DNA of 64,000 bases, taken from assembly GCA_965283865.1 (NCBI GenBank), contig CBDIQA010000001.1, positions 1,749,912-1,813,911 of the forward strand. The letters are read 5' to 3'. This document shows positions 22,689 to 33,071 of the stretch, one piece after another. A model generated the notes under the pieces. It worked only from the letters and a program-made list of their open reading frames with translations. It did not search any database and was not told the DNA's origin. Positions within the stretch are counted from its first letter, which is position 1, and every line of letters begins with the position of its first letter. Source of the DNA: Allorhizobium sp. GTDB taxonomy: Bacteria; Pseudomonadota; Alphaproteobacteria; Rhizobiales; Rhizobiaceae. The translations under genes and the position numbers were made by a program.

Positions 22689-23724
22689 CTATTTCAGGGC
22701 CGCGTCGGTGATCTCGGTCGTGAAGGCGCCGGTCGGCTCCTTGGAAATGACCGGGTCGGAGCCGCCGCCGAGCAGGGTCTTGACCGTGCGGTCGTAGTCG
22801 GCCTTGTCGAGCGCGCCGTTGGAGCCGGCGGTGAGCTTGGCGACTCTCGCCCATCATGCGCTTCTGATGGACTTCCGTCTGGGCGCCGGAGGCGTCGTTC
22901 TCGAGCACGATCTTCAGCAGCTTCGTCCGGAGTTCTTCACTCGGCATACTTCCAGCCCTTCATCGAAGGCCGCGGACGAAGCTTGACCAGTCTTTTGCCT
23001 TGAAGGCTGGATCGGCGAGCTTGTCTTCGATTGGACGTAGATGACCATCTTCGATGCGTGGCCACGCCTTCGTCTTGCTATACTTGAAGGTCACGATCAG
23101 GTCTTCGGCCTTGATGCCGGCATCGATGACCTGCCAATACTCGTTATAAGTCATGGTCGAGACGCAATCGGCCTGCTTCTGGATGATCGAGGATCGACGT
23201 TGAAGCCCTGCTTGAGCACCTTCACGCCGCCTTGGGCCGAACCGTCGGTCTTGATGCCGAGCGTGCTCATCCAGGACAGGAAGGGATATTCGTTGCCGTA
23301 GAACCAGACGCCCAGGGTGCTGGCCGGGGAAATCGGCCGGCGTCTTCACGCCGCTGGCCTTCGAGGCAGGTCAGCATCATGCCCGAGGACTTCTGGAAGG
23401 TCTGCGACGACATTGACCAGCGGCACGCCCTTCTCGCGGCTGGCGAGAGCGGACGGCATCCAGTCGACGATGGCATCTGCGCCGCCACCGGCCAGAACCT
23501 GCGGCGGGAGCAATGTCAGGGCCGCCCGGCTTCACCGTCGACGTCGAGGCCTTCTTCTTCGTAGAAGCCCTTGTCCTTGGCGACGTAGTAACCGGCGAAT
23601 TGCGCCTGCGTCACCCATTTCAGCTGAATGCGTGAACTTGTCGGCAGCTGGCGGCCTGCATCGGCAGCCGCCATGAAGGCCGCAGCGATGGCCAGCACCA
23701 AGAATTGCGACGCTTGATTGTCAT
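22689..23724 (-). pseudogene. NMT1/THI5-like ABC substrate-binding protein (pyrimidine uptake), many indels
   Basis: Fragments in shifting frames: QLKWVTQAQFAGYYVAKDKGFYEEEGLDV, QKQADCVSTMTYNEYWQVIDAG, IVLENDASGAQTEVHQKRMM; RBS GAGGAGG before ATG at 23724. Confidence 0.8.
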
Positions 23725-23725
23725 T

Positions 23726-24651
23726 TCAGTTTCCTCCTCTCCTGTTGAGAACACGATTCACGACGCGTTGCGATGCTCTACGGACGGACGGGTGCCAGAA
23801 GGTCACCCGCCGTTCTGAGCAGGGCGACCAGGCCGTAGACAGACCGAGCCGGCCGAGTGCGGCCACCGCGATGGTCGGCCCAGACGGTGGGGATGTTCGA
23901 TGCGGCCGACTTCGGTGGAAATGCGGAAGCCCATGCCCATGATCAGGCGTGCCGAAGAATTCGGCCACAATAGCGCCGATCAGCGACGAGCGTCGACATT
24001 GATCTTGCAGCGCATTGAAGATGAAAGGCCAGCGCGGCGGGAAGGCTGGCAGCGCGACCAGGGTCTGCCGACCAGCTGGCGGCATAGGTCGTGCATCAGG
24101 TCGCGCTCCATGTGACTAGGCGGCGTGCGAGGCCCTGCGACCGTGTTCACCAGCATCGGGAAGAAGGTCATGATGACGACGACCGCCGACCTTGGACTGC
24201 CAGTCGAAGCCGAACCACATCACCATGATCGGCGCGATGCCGACGACCGGCAGTGCCGATGACGCAGATTGCCGATCGGCAGCAGGCCGCTTTGCAGGAA
24301 GGGCGAGCGGTCGATCAGGATCGCGACGATGAAGCCGAGGCCGCAGCCGGCGACATAACCTGTTATCACCGACTTCAGGAAGGTCTGCTGGAAATCCGCC
24401 CAGAGGATATGGGTTGAGGTCAGTATCCGCGCCCAGATCATGGAGGGGGCGGGTAGCAGGATCGAGGGGATATGGAAGCCGCGGACCACGCATTCCCAGA
24501 TGACGAGCAGGGTCACGCCGAAGATCAGCGGCACGGCAAGGCCGATGGAGCGCTTGGTCGAGACATCCTTGGGGCGCTGTGCCACCAGCCACTGGTTCAG
24601 ACCCCAGGCGCCGAGCCAGAAGACGAGGGCGAAGACGAGGTAACCGTTCAT
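23726..24651 (-). pseudogene. ABC transporter permease (pyrimidine), multiple frameshifts; 3' boundary approximate
   Basis: Fragments LLPAPSMIW, LPVVGIAPIMVMWFGFDWQSK, TFFPMLVNTVAG, LIGAIVAEFFG in different frames. Confidence 0.78.
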
Positions 24652-25539
24652 GGCTTGACCCCCATGCGTGCGAGCACCCTGGTATGGGCCATGCCGACGA
24701 TCGAGACGAGCAGGGCCGCAAGCCCCGCCGCCATGAAGAGGGCCGCCCAGATCTGGATCGTCTGACCATAATAAGAGCCCGACAGCAGGCGGGCACCGAG
24801 GCCGGCGACAGCACCTGTCGGCAATTCACCGACGATCGCACCGACCAGCGAGATCGCGATCGCCACCTTCAACGAGGTGAAGAGATAGGGCATCGACGCC
24901 GGCCAGCGCAGTTTCCAGAAGGTCTGAGACTGAGCTGGCATTGTAGGTGTGCATCAGGTCGAGCAGCAGGATCAGCTCGGGACTGCGCAGGCCCTTCACC
25001 ATGCCGACAACGATTGGGAAGAAGGAAAGATAGGTCGATATCAGGGCCTTGGGCATCAATCCGGAGATGCCGATCGAATTCAGAACCACGATGATCATCG
25101 GCGCAATCGCAAGGATCGGGATCGTCTGGGAGGCGATCACCCAGGGCATCAGCGACTTGTCCATGGCGCGGTTGTGGACGATGGCGATGGCAAGCACGAT
25201 GCCCAGCACGGTGCCCATGGCAAAGCCGGCCAGCGTCGCCGAAAGCGTGATCCAGGCGTGGTAGACGAGGCTGCGCTTGGAGGTGATGGCCTTGTTGAAC
25301 ACGGTGTCCCAGAGTTCGGCGACGATCTGGTGCGGGGCCGGCAGGATCGGGCGTTCCTGGGCGAAGGTCCGCTCGACGACCTGGGAGAAGGTGATCTCTT
25401 CATTGGCGCGTGCGGCCTGATCGCGGACGAAGGGCGCGTTGAGATAGACGACGAAGACATGCCATATGACGAGGATCGCCAGCAGGATGGTCAGGACCGG
25501 CAGGACGCGGTCACGGAAGGGCGAGGGAGCAGCCTTCAT
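24648..25539 (-). CDS. ABC transporter permease (pyrimidine), frameshift near 24930-24975
   Basis: ILPAPHQI and SQTIPILAIAP in one frame; FWKLRWPASMPYLFTSLK and VGAIVGE in another. Confidence 0.82.
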
Positions 25540-25874
25540 CAGGCACCTCCTTTTGCGGGATAGAGCATCAGGGCCATGGAGACGACACCAAGTGCGACGC
25601 CCGCCGTCTGGATCGGGCTCAGGCGCTCGCCGAAGACGAAGAAGGCGATGACATTAATGAGGACAAGCTGGGCAATGGCGGAGGCGGAAATGGCGAGCCC
25701 CAAGCCCCCCTCGCGCATCAGTTTCACCATCATCAGATTGCCGATGCAGTAGAGGGCGAGGGAGGCGATGAGTACCCAGAGCTTGCCGTTGTCGACATAG
25801 GCACGGGAGACGGTGGCGGCGCCGAGGAAGGTTGCCATGGCAGCACCGAGCCAGAGGAGGAAGGTGGGGTTCAT
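25539..25874 (-). CDS. Small four-TM membrane protein (SMR/DMT-like)
   Basis: 111 aa, four hydrophobic segments, FFVFGERLSPIQTAGVALG. Confidence 0.7.
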   Translation of the reverse strand: MNPTFLLWLGAAMATFLGAATVSRAYVDNGKLWVLIASLALYCIGNLMMVKLMREGGLGLAISASAIAQLVLINVIAFFVFGERLSPIQTAGVALGVVSMALMLYPAKGGA

Positions 25875-25898
25875 GGGGTAATCCCCTTAATCACGGAA

Positions 25899-26687
25899 CT
25901 ATTCCTCATAGCTATGCCCCGCCTTCAGACCCTCGCGCACCCGATGCGCGATTTCCAGAAACTCCGGCGTCTCGCGGATCTCCAGCGGGCGTTCCTTGGG
26001 CAGCGTCGACTCGATGATATCGGTTACCCGGCCAGGCCTCGGGCTCATGACGACGATCTTGGTCGAGAGATAAACGGCTTCCGGGATCGAGTGGGTGACG
26101 AAGCAGATCGTTTTGTTGGTGCGGTCCCAGAGTTTCAGGAGTTCGGAGTTCAGGTGGTCGCGGACGATTTCGTCGAGCGCGCCGAAGGGTTCGTCCATCA
26201 GGAGCAGGTCGGCGTCGAAGGCGAGCGCGCGGGCGATCGAGGCGCGCTGCTGCATGCCGCCTGAGAGCTGCCAGGGGTATTTCTTGGCAAAGCCCGAGAG
26301 GTTGACCAGCTCCAGCGTCTGCTCGATGCGCTTCTTCTTTTCGGCCGCGCTGTAGCCCATGATTTCGAGCGGGAGCGCGATGTTGTTCTCGATCGTGCGC
26401 CAGGGATAAAGCGCCGCCGCCTGGAAGACATAGCCGTATGAGCGTGCCTTGCGGGCATTCTCGGGTGTCATGCCATTGACCGTGATCTCGCCGGCGGTGT
26501 GCTTTTCGAGGTCGGCGATGACGCGGAGAAACGTGGTCTTGCCGCAGCCGGAGGGGCCGATGAAGGAGACGAAATCGCCCTTCTTCACCTCAAGATCGAC
26601 ATTGGACAGGGCGTGGACGGGCCCGTCATTGGTCTCGAAGGTGAGGCTCAGGTTCCTGGCCGAGACGACGGAGTAGGGTGCATTCAT
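25899..26687 (-). CDS. ABC transporter ATP-binding protein (TauB/SsuB-like, pyrimidine uptake)
   Basis: GPSGCGKT, LSGGMQQR, LLMDEPFGALD. Confidence 0.93.
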   Translation of the reverse strand: MNAPYSVVSARNLSLTFETNDGPVHALSNVDLEVKKGDFVSFIGPSGCGKTTFLRVIADLEKHTAGEITVNGMTPENARKARSYGYVFQAAALYPWRTIENNIALPLEIMGYSAAEKKKRIEQTLELVNLSGFAKKYPWQLSGGMQQRASIARALAFDADLLLMDEPFGALDEIVRDHLNSELLKLWDRTNKTICFVTHSIPEAVYLSTKIVVMSPRPGRVTDIIESTLPKERPLEIRETPEFLEIAHRVREGLKAGHSYEE

Positions 26688-26811
26688 GCGCTAGGACCAA
26701 TCGGGTTTGTTGCAAAGGCAGTCTGCCTCTTGCATTCTTTTGACATGCGGCCGCTCGGGAGCAGCGAGCCGGGAGAGGCGGGCCTGCCGCCGGTGAGAAG
26801 AGGACGGGACA

Positions 26812-27225
26812 ATGGACGCATCAGCAAAGCCCACCTGCCGGATCGTGAAGCCCGGCCACCCCTATGAAGGCAAGCAGGGACTGAGTTACTTCGAGGGCAT
26901 TGCCGCCGAGACCGTGGGCGCCAAGGGTATCTGCATGCATGTGCTGACCATGCCGCCCGGTGCACGCGCCAAGGCGCATCTGCACGAGAGCCACGAGACT
27001 GCGATCTACATGCTCTCCGGGCAGGCCCATACCTGGTATGGCGAGCGGCTGGAAAACCATGTGATCGTGCATGCGGGCGAGCTGTTCTACATCCCGGCCG
27101 GCGTACCGCATCTGCCGGCGAACCTGTCGAACGCGCCCTGCACGGCGATCATCGCGCGCACCGACCCGAACGAGCAGGAAAGTGTGGTCTTGCTGCCGGA
27201 GCTGGATGGCTTGGTCGAGGTTTGA
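26812..27225 (+). CDS. Cupin domain protein
   Basis: PPGARAKAHLHESHETAIY and GELFYIPAGVPH cupin motifs. Confidence 0.88.
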   Translation: MDASAKPTCRIVKPGHPYEGKQGLSYFEGIAAETVGAKGICMHVLTMPPGARAKAHLHESHETAIYMLSGQAHTWYGERLENHVIVHAGELFYIPAGVPHLPANLSNAPCTAIIARTDPNEQESVVLLPELDGLVEV

Positions 27226-27233
27226 CGCTGAGT

Positions 27234-27707
27234 TCATCTCGCCAGCCCTTCTGTTCGGGGCAGGGCGATCAGCCAGTAGATGATCGCGCAAATCATGCCT
27301 GTCGGGACCAGCGACAGGGCCATTGAGGCTTCATTCTGGTGAAAGAAGCGCCCCCAGGTCGCTAGCTGCAAGAGGGCGATGCCGGAGAGAGGGCAGGCGG
27401 CCCCGGCGATGGCGAAATGCCACCAGCGGTTCCAGTGCATTCGCAGCAGCACCCAGGTCGCCAGCAAGGTGAAAGGGGCAGCCAGCAACAAGACAACCGG
27501 CAGGATCTCGAGGGTCAGCTGGAGTGCTTGAAGAATAGGGCGCGGAAACATCGAGATGAAGTGCGGCAGGCGACCGTAAGTGAAGGCATCTTCGACCTCC
27601 ATGGTGGCCCAGATGCCCATGACGCCGACAAACACGGCCGCCGCATAGCCAGCGCCGAAGCGGGCACTCCTCAGCAGCCATGCCTTCTTCGCTGGCCTCA
27701 CGCTCAC
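27234..27707 (-). CDS. Hypothetical four-TM membrane protein
   Basis: GTG start overlapping the hydA stop; four hydrophobic segments. Confidence 0.6.
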   Translation of the reverse strand: MSVRPAKKAWLLRSARFGAGYAAAVFVGVMGIWATMEVEDAFTYGRLPHFISMFPRPILQALQLTLEILPVVLLLAAPFTLLATWVLLRMHWNRWWHFAIAGAACPLSGIALLQLATWGRFFHQNEASMALSLVPTGMICAIIYWLIALPRTEGLAR

Positions 27708-29161
27708 ACCCCCGTAGCCGGAATGCCCGTGCGTTCCACCTTGCGCGGGGCGACCAGTTCCTTCCAGGTCGACAGCGCCTTGGAAACGGCGGGGAAGGGC
27801 TCGCGCTTGACGAACTTGCCGTGGCCCTCACGGGTCTTCACCGCGCTCTCCTCGATCGCGACATAACCGCGGGTCAGCGTGTAGCGCGGCAGGCCGGTCA
27901 CTTCCTTGCCCTCGAAGACATTGTAGTCGATCGAGGATTGCTGGGTCTTGGCGGAGATGGTCTTGGAGCGCTTGGGATCCCAGACCACGAGGTCGGCATC
28001 GGCGCCGACGAGCACCGCGCCCTTCTTCGGGTAAATGTTGAGGATCTTGGCGATGTTCGTCGAGGTGACCGCGACGAATTCGTTCATCGTCAGGCGACCG
28101 GTCGCAACACCATAGGTCCAGAGCATCGGCATTCGGTCTTCGAGCCCGCCGGTGCCGTTCGGGATCTTGGCGAAGTTGCCGACGCCGAAGCGCTTCTGTT
28201 CGCTGGTGAAGGCACAGTGGTCGGTGGCGACGACCGAGAGCGAGCCCGACTGTAGACCGGCCCAAAGCGAGTCCTGATGCTGCTTGTTGCGGAAGGGGGG
28301 CGACATGACGCGGCGGGCGGCGTGGTCCCAGTCCTTGTTGAAATATTCGCTCTCGTCGAGCGTCAGGTGCTGAATCAGCGGCTCGCCATAGACGCGCATG
28401 CCCTTCTGACGGGCGCGGCGGATGGCTTCATGGGCCTGTTCGCAGGAGGTGTGCACGACATAGAGCGGAACGCCCGCCATATCGGCCAGCATGATGGCGC
28501 GGTTTGTGGCTTCGCCCTCGACCTCAGGCGGACGGGAATAGGCATGGGCCTCCGGACCGTTATTGCCTTCGGCGAGGAGCTTGGCCGTCATTGAGGCGAC
28601 GACGTCGCCGTTTTCGGCATGGACGAGGGGGAGCGCTCCGAGTTCGGCGCAGCGCTGGAAGGAGGCGAACATCTCGTCATCATTCACCATCAGCGCGCCC
28701 TTGTAGGCCATGAAATGCTTGAAGGTGTTGATGCCCTTTTCCTGAACGACCGTCTTCATCTCGTCGAAGATGCGCTCGTTCCAGCCGGTGATCGCCATGT
28801 GGAAGGAATAGTCAGCCGTGGCCCGCGAAGTCTTGTTGTCCCACATCTCCAAGGCTTCGAGCAGCGACTGGTCGGGGGCGGGCAGACAGAAATCGACAAC
28901 CATGGTCGTGCCGCCGGAGAGGCCGGCGCGCGTGCCGCTTTCGAAGTTGTCGGCGGAATAGGTGCCCATGAAGGGCATTTCGAGATGCACATGCGGATCG
29001 ATACCACCCGGCATGACATAACAGCCGGCCGCATCCAGCACGGTGTCGCCGGAGAGGTTGGGCCCGATCTCGACGATCACGCCACCCTCGATCTTGACGT
29101 CGGCCTTGTAGGTCAGATCGGCGGTGACGATGGTGCCGCCCTTGATGACTGTGGTGGTCAT
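27704..29161 (-). CDS. hydA: Dihydropyrimidinase (D-hydantoinase)
   Basis: PGGIDPHVH, FKHFMAYK, VHAENGD, VMSPP, TDHCAF, IPNGTGGLEDRM. Confidence 0.95.
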   Translation of the reverse strand: MTTTVIKGGTIVTADLTYKADVKIEGGVIVEIGPNLSGDTVLDAAGCYVMPGGIDPHVHLEMPFMGTYSADNFESGTRAGLSGGTTMVVDFCLPAPDQSLLEALEMWDNKTSRATADYSFHMAITGWNERIFDEMKTVVQEKGINTFKHFMAYKGALMVNDDEMFASFQRCAELGALPLVHAENGDVVASMTAKLLAEGNNGPEAHAYSRPPEVEGEATNRAIMLADMAGVPLYVVHTSCEQAHEAIRRARQKGMRVYGEPLIQHLTLDESEYFNKDWDHAARRVMSPPFRNKQHQDSLWAGLQSGSLSVVATDHCAFTSEQKRFGVGNFAKIPNGTGGLEDRMPMLWTYGVATGRLTMNEFVAVTSTNIAKILNIYPKKGAVLVGADADLVVWDPKRSKTISAKTQQSSIDYNVFEGKEVTGLPRYTLTRGYVAIEESAVKTREGHGKFVKREPFPAVSKALSTWKELVAPRKVERTGIPATGV

Positions 29162-29186
29162 GTGGTCTCTCCCTCGCGTTTTGTTC

Positions 29187-29537
29187 TCAAGACTGCGGTC
29201 TGAATTGCTGCAAGCCGGTGATGTTGATGATCGCCAGTTCGAGTGTCGACATGTCATCCTCACTAACGTGGCCGATGATCTGCCGGATCGCTGCCTTCTT
29301 CAAATGTGTGATTTTGTCGGCCATCGCTTGCGACCGCTCCTTCAAACCATTGGTCTCTGAGGGTTCGATCGTGGGACGAAAATCTGCAGCCTCAGAGAGG
29401 AAGGTCGAAAGAGGGCAAAGCAGGAGAGTGACGTGGTGCTCGATGTAGTTGTCAGCCTGAATAATGACCGCTGGCCTCGGTTTCCCGAGGTCCCCTTGGA
29501 ATGCGGCTGTCACCATATCACCCCGCGCAAACTTCAC
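29187..29537 (-). CDS. PemK/MazF family endoribonuclease toxin
   Basis: RGDMV...GKPRPAVIIQ, CPLST, NGLKERSQAMADKI. Confidence 0.9.
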   Translation of the reverse strand: MKFARGDMVTAAFQGDLGKPRPAVIIQADNYIEHHVTLLLCPLSTFLSEAADFRPTIEPSETNGLKERSQAMADKITHLKKAAIRQIIGHVSEDDMSTLELAIINITGLQQFRPQS

Positions 29538-29746
29538 GGCTTTTCCCAGTCATCAGTAAGTTCTTCGCCGATCAGTTCTACAATACCAGCTTGTCGATCA
29601 GCCTCGACCGCAGCCTTTGTTTGCCGTGCGGCTTCTTCTTTGTAGGCCTCGCTCGAAATGTCAGGCACCCAGATTTCCACTGGCTTGTAGCCCCGCCGCA
29701 GCAGGTCAGCGCGCTCTTCCGGTGACAATTCCCTCGGTCGTCCCAT
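29534..29746 (-). CDS. DUF3018 (MazE-like) antitoxin
   Basis: RRGYKPVEIWVPD...EEAARQ motif; 4-bp overlap with the toxin start; acidic C-terminus. Confidence 0.82.
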   Translation of the reverse strand: MGRPRELSPEERADLLRRGYKPVEIWVPDISSEAYKEEAARQTKAAVEADRQAGIVELIGEELTDDWEKP

Positions 29747-29784
29747 GGTTCGCTCCCGTTCAGGACTGCTCCTAGATTTCGATC

Positions 29785-31038
29785 CTATGCCACAATCTCC
29801 GCCGTCTCCAGCACCGCCCTGAGCAGCACATCACAGCCGGCGCTGGCCCATTCCTTGGAAATCTCCTCAGCCTCATTGTGGCTCAAGCCGCCGACGCAGG
29901 GGCACATGATCATGGTCGAGGGCGCCACCTTGGCCGCCCAGCAGGCGTCGTGGCCGGCGCCGGAGATGATGTTCATGTGGGAATAACCGAGGTCTTCCGC
30001 CGCCTTGCGGACGGAGGCGACGAGTTTCGGGTCGAAGGTCACCGGATCGAAATGGCCGACGGCCTCCACCGCACAGCCGACGCCGAGCGCTGCACAGATC
30101 TCGGCGGCCTTCGCCTCGATCGTGGCCCGCATGCGGTCGAGCTTGTCCTGGCTCGGCGTGCGGATGTCGACGGTGAAGACAACAGTGCCGGGCAGGACGT
30201 TGCGGGAATTGGGCGAAAATTTCACCTGGCCGACGCCGCCGACGGCGCCGGGTTGTTCGCTCATTGCGACCTCCTGGACCATTTCCATGATCCGGGCCAT
30301 GGCAAGGCCGGCATTGACGCGCAGATGCATCGGCGTCGAGCCGGTATGGGCTTCGCGGCCGGTCAGCGTGAATTCCAGCCACCACAGACCCTGACAATGG
30401 GTGACGACGCCGATGTCCTTGTCCTCGGCTTCGAGGATCGGGCCCTGCTCGATATGATATTCGAAATAGGCGTGCATCTTGCGGGCGCCGACCTTCTCGT
30501 CACCCACCCAGCCGATCCGCTTCAGCTCGTCACCGAATGTCTTTCCGTCCATGTCCTTGCGGGCATAGGCGTAATCCTGGGTCAGCACGCCGGCAAAGAC
30601 GCCGGAGGCGAGCATGGCTGGCGCGAAGCGGGCACCTTCCTCGTTGGTCCAGTTGGTGACAACGATCGGATGCTTGGTCTTGATGTTGAGGTCGTTCATC
30701 GAGCGCACGACTTCAAGACCTGCGAGCACGCCGAGCACGCCGTCATATTTTCCGCCGGTTGGCTGTGTGTCGAGATGGGAGCCGATATAGACGGGAAGCG
30801 CATCGGGATCGGTGCCGGGGCGGGTCATGAACATGTTGCCCATGGTATCGACGCCCATGGTCAGCCCTGCATCCTCGCACCAGCGCTGGAAGAGGCGGCG
30901 ACCTTCGGCATCCTCGTCGGTCAGGGTCTGGCGATTGTTGCCGCCCGCCACGCCGGGGCCAATCTTCGCCATGTCCATGAGCATGTCCCACAGCCGATCG
31001 CCGTTCACGCGAAGGTTCGTGCCGGGTTGCGCCGTCAT
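29785..31038 (-). CDS. Zn-dependent N-carbamoyl-beta-alanine amidohydrolase (beta-ureidopropionase, M20 family)
   Basis: GSHLDTQPTGGKYDG, WTNEEGARF, EYHIEQGP, HTGSTPM, SGAGHDA; pyrimidine cluster context. Confidence 0.9.
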   Translation of the reverse strand: MTAQPGTNLRVNGDRLWDMLMDMAKIGPGVAGGNNRQTLTDEDAEGRRLFQRWCEDAGLTMGVDTMGNMFMTRPGTDPDALPVYIGSHLDTQPTGGKYDGVLGVLAGLEVVRSMNDLNIKTKHPIVVTNWTNEEGARFAPAMLASGVFAGVLTQDYAYARKDMDGKTFGDELKRIGWVGDEKVGARKMHAYFEYHIEQGPILEAEDKDIGVVTHCQGLWWLEFTLTGREAHTGSTPMHLRVNAGLAMARIMEMVQEVAMSEQPGAVGGVGQVKFSPNSRNVLPGTVVFTVDIRTPSQDKLDRMRATIEAKAAEICAALGVGCAVEAVGHFDPVTFDPKLVASVRKAAEDLGYSHMNIISGAGHDACWAAKVAPSTMIMCPCVGGLSHNEAEEISKEWASAGCDVLLRAVLETAEIVA

Positions 31039-31176
31039 TGCAGATCCTCACCTGTTTTTCGGGGATCCGGATCTTCCGCCCGTTCCCCATGTTCCCGGGG
31101 TCAGCGACAGCGGCTTGTCTTTGTCTTTTCCGCTGTCGTATCGGCAGTTGCCTTTATTTGACATCTGTCCAATAAT

Positions 31177-31192
31177 TTGACCGACTGGTAAA
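31177..31192. promoter_or_regulatory. RutR-type operator
   Basis: TTGACCGACTGGTAAA resembles the RutR box TTGACCAnnTGGTCAA; lies in the divergent promoter between the amidohydrolase and the TetR gene. Confidence 0.65.
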
Positions 31193-31326
31193 ACATTACA
31201 ACTTCCTTCACGGCACTCAAGACGAAATCGGCAAATTTCTGCGACAAAATATAAAGCAGATGCTCAGAAAATAAGCTTCGATATTGGCGAGTGAGTTCAG
31301 TATCTTAGGCAGGGAATAACTCTAAG

Positions 31327-31992
31327 ATGGCAATACCGAGAGCGGCGCAGACCCAGAGGCGGACGCGGATCCAGGAGGAGAAGGAGGAGCTCATCCTGGA
31401 GGCGGCGCTGGAGGTGTTCTCGCAGCGGGGATTTCATGGCTCGACGATCGACCAGATCGCCGAGGTCGCCGGCATGTCGAAGCCGAACCTTCTCTATTAT
31501 TTCCGCACCAAGGAGGCCATGCACCGGGCGCTGATCGACCGGGTGCTCGAGAACTGGCTCGAGCCCTTGCAGGCTTTCGATGCCGAGGGTGATCCGGAGG
31601 AGGAGATCCGCTCCTATATCAGGCGCAAGCTGGAAATGGCGCGGGAGTTTCCGCGCGAAAGCCGGCTCTTTGCCAACGAGATCCTGCAGGGGGCGCCGCA
31701 TATCGCGGGCGTGCTCGATGGCCCGCTCAAGGAACTGGTCGACGAGAAGGCTGAGGTCATCCGTGTCTGGATCGCGTCTGGCAAGGTGCGCGATTGCGAT
31801 CCGCATCACATGATCTTCTCGATCTGGTCGACGACCCAGCACTATGCGGATTTCGACGTACAGGTGAAGGCTGTGCTCGGAAGCGGCCGTGACGGGGCGG
31901 AGCGCTTTGAAGAGGCGGCGCGTTTCCTCGAAGGTCTCTTCGTCAGCGGCCTGATCGTCAAGCCGGCAAGCAGTTCTGTCGTCAGTCCCTGA
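31327..31992 (+). CDS. rutR: TetR family regulator, RutR/PydR type
   Basis: HTH IAEVAGMSKPNLLYYF; RutR C-terminal motifs SRLFANE and IWSTTQHYADF. Confidence 0.88.
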   Translation: MAIPRAAQTQRRTRIQEEKEELILEAALEVFSQRGFHGSTIDQIAEVAGMSKPNLLYYFRTKEAMHRALIDRVLENWLEPLQAFDAEGDPEEEIRSYIRRKLEMAREFPRESRLFANEILQGAPHIAGVLDGPLKELVDEKAEVIRVWIASGKVRDCDPHHMIFSIWSTTQHYADFDVQVKAVLGSGRDGAERFEEAARFLEGLFVSGLIVKPASSSVVSP

Positions 31993-32923
31993 GCAGGCCC
32001 ATCACCAGCAGGCCAGCCGCGGTCACCAGCGCGCCGATAAAGACGGCCGGGCTTGCCCAGCCATGGCCGAGCAGGCCTTCCAGCAGGATGATGAAGGTCG
32101 GCGTCAAGTAGCCGTAACCGAGCACCTTTGGGGCCGGCAGGCGCATGGATGCGTATTGCAGAAGCATGAAGGTGATCGCGGTCGTCACGATCGAGAGATA
32201 GGCGATCGTCGCCCAGACGGTGCCGGGCAGGTTGACGAAGTCGGTTTCGGCAAGCGGGATGGCGCCGGTCGGGAGCAGCCAGGGGATGGTGAAGACCACG
32301 ACCCAAAAGCCGAAGGCGACCGGGTTTTCGCCCAGGCCGAATCGCCGGATGAGCGGCACATAGGCGCCGTGGCAGATCACGCCGACGAAATAGATGAGTT
32401 CTCCGCGACCGACGTCGAAGGAGAGGATCGCGCCAATATCGGCGCGAAAGATCACCCAGATCGCGCCGAGGGCGGCAATCACCAGGGCAGCCAGCACGTC
32501 GGGACGTGTCTTCTGGCCGATGAAGAGGAGCGCAAATCCGGCTGAGATCAGCGGCATCAGGGTGAAGACTGCGCCCGTCTGCACCGGGCTCGTGAATTCG
32601 AGCGCCGCAAACATCGTCAGCATGTAGATGGCGATCAGGCCGCCCAGCAACGCGTAGCGCCAGACGCGCCGCGGCTTGGTGAAGGGGATGCGCAGAATGC
32701 CAAAGGTCATGATTCCCATGACCACCATGGTCATCAGGTAGCGCCAGAGGGTGAGGGGCCCGGCTTCGAGATGCTGGGCTGCCATGCCGCCGAACGAGAA
32801 GGATCCGGCGATCAGGGCGGCAAAGAGCAGCATGGCCGCATGGGCCTTCAGCTTCTCGCGCCCCGTCGCGTGGATGGTGTGGCGGTTTGCGGGGGACGTG
32901 GCGGGCTCGGCTTGGTCTGTCAT
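31982..32923 (-). CDS. DMT/EamA family transporter
   Basis: About ten TM segments in two EamA-like halves. Confidence 0.85.
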   Translation of the reverse strand: MTDQAEPATSPANRHTIHATGREKLKAHAAMLLFAALIAGSFSFGGMAAQHLEAGPLTLWRYLMTMVVMGIMTFGILRIPFTKPRRVWRYALLGGLIAIYMLTMFAALEFTSPVQTGAVFTLMPLISAGFALLFIGQKTRPDVLAALVIAALGAIWVIFRADIGAILSFDVGRGELIYFVGVICHGAYVPLIRRFGLGENPVAFGFWVVVFTIPWLLPTGAIPLAETDFVNLPGTVWATIAYLSIVTTAITFMLLQYASMRLPAPKVLGYGYLTPTFIILLEGLLGHGWASPAVFIGALVTAAGLLVMGLLRD

Positions 32924-33071
32924 GATCTGCCTTATGAGGACCGACCTCGACCGTCCTTAGGGGGCGTGACTTGACCGGGCCGCTATTCTCCTTCATCTGC
33001 GGCGGGTGGTTGTGCCGCTCGGCATGGCCCTTCACAGATCTTGCCACGGCAGTTAATCGAAAGCGGACCTG

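Noticed and set aside
31250-31278. Tandem NtrC-like sites upstream of the RutR-type gene
   Set aside because: Only partial TGC..GCA matches and no adjacent sigma-54 promoter; too weak to call.
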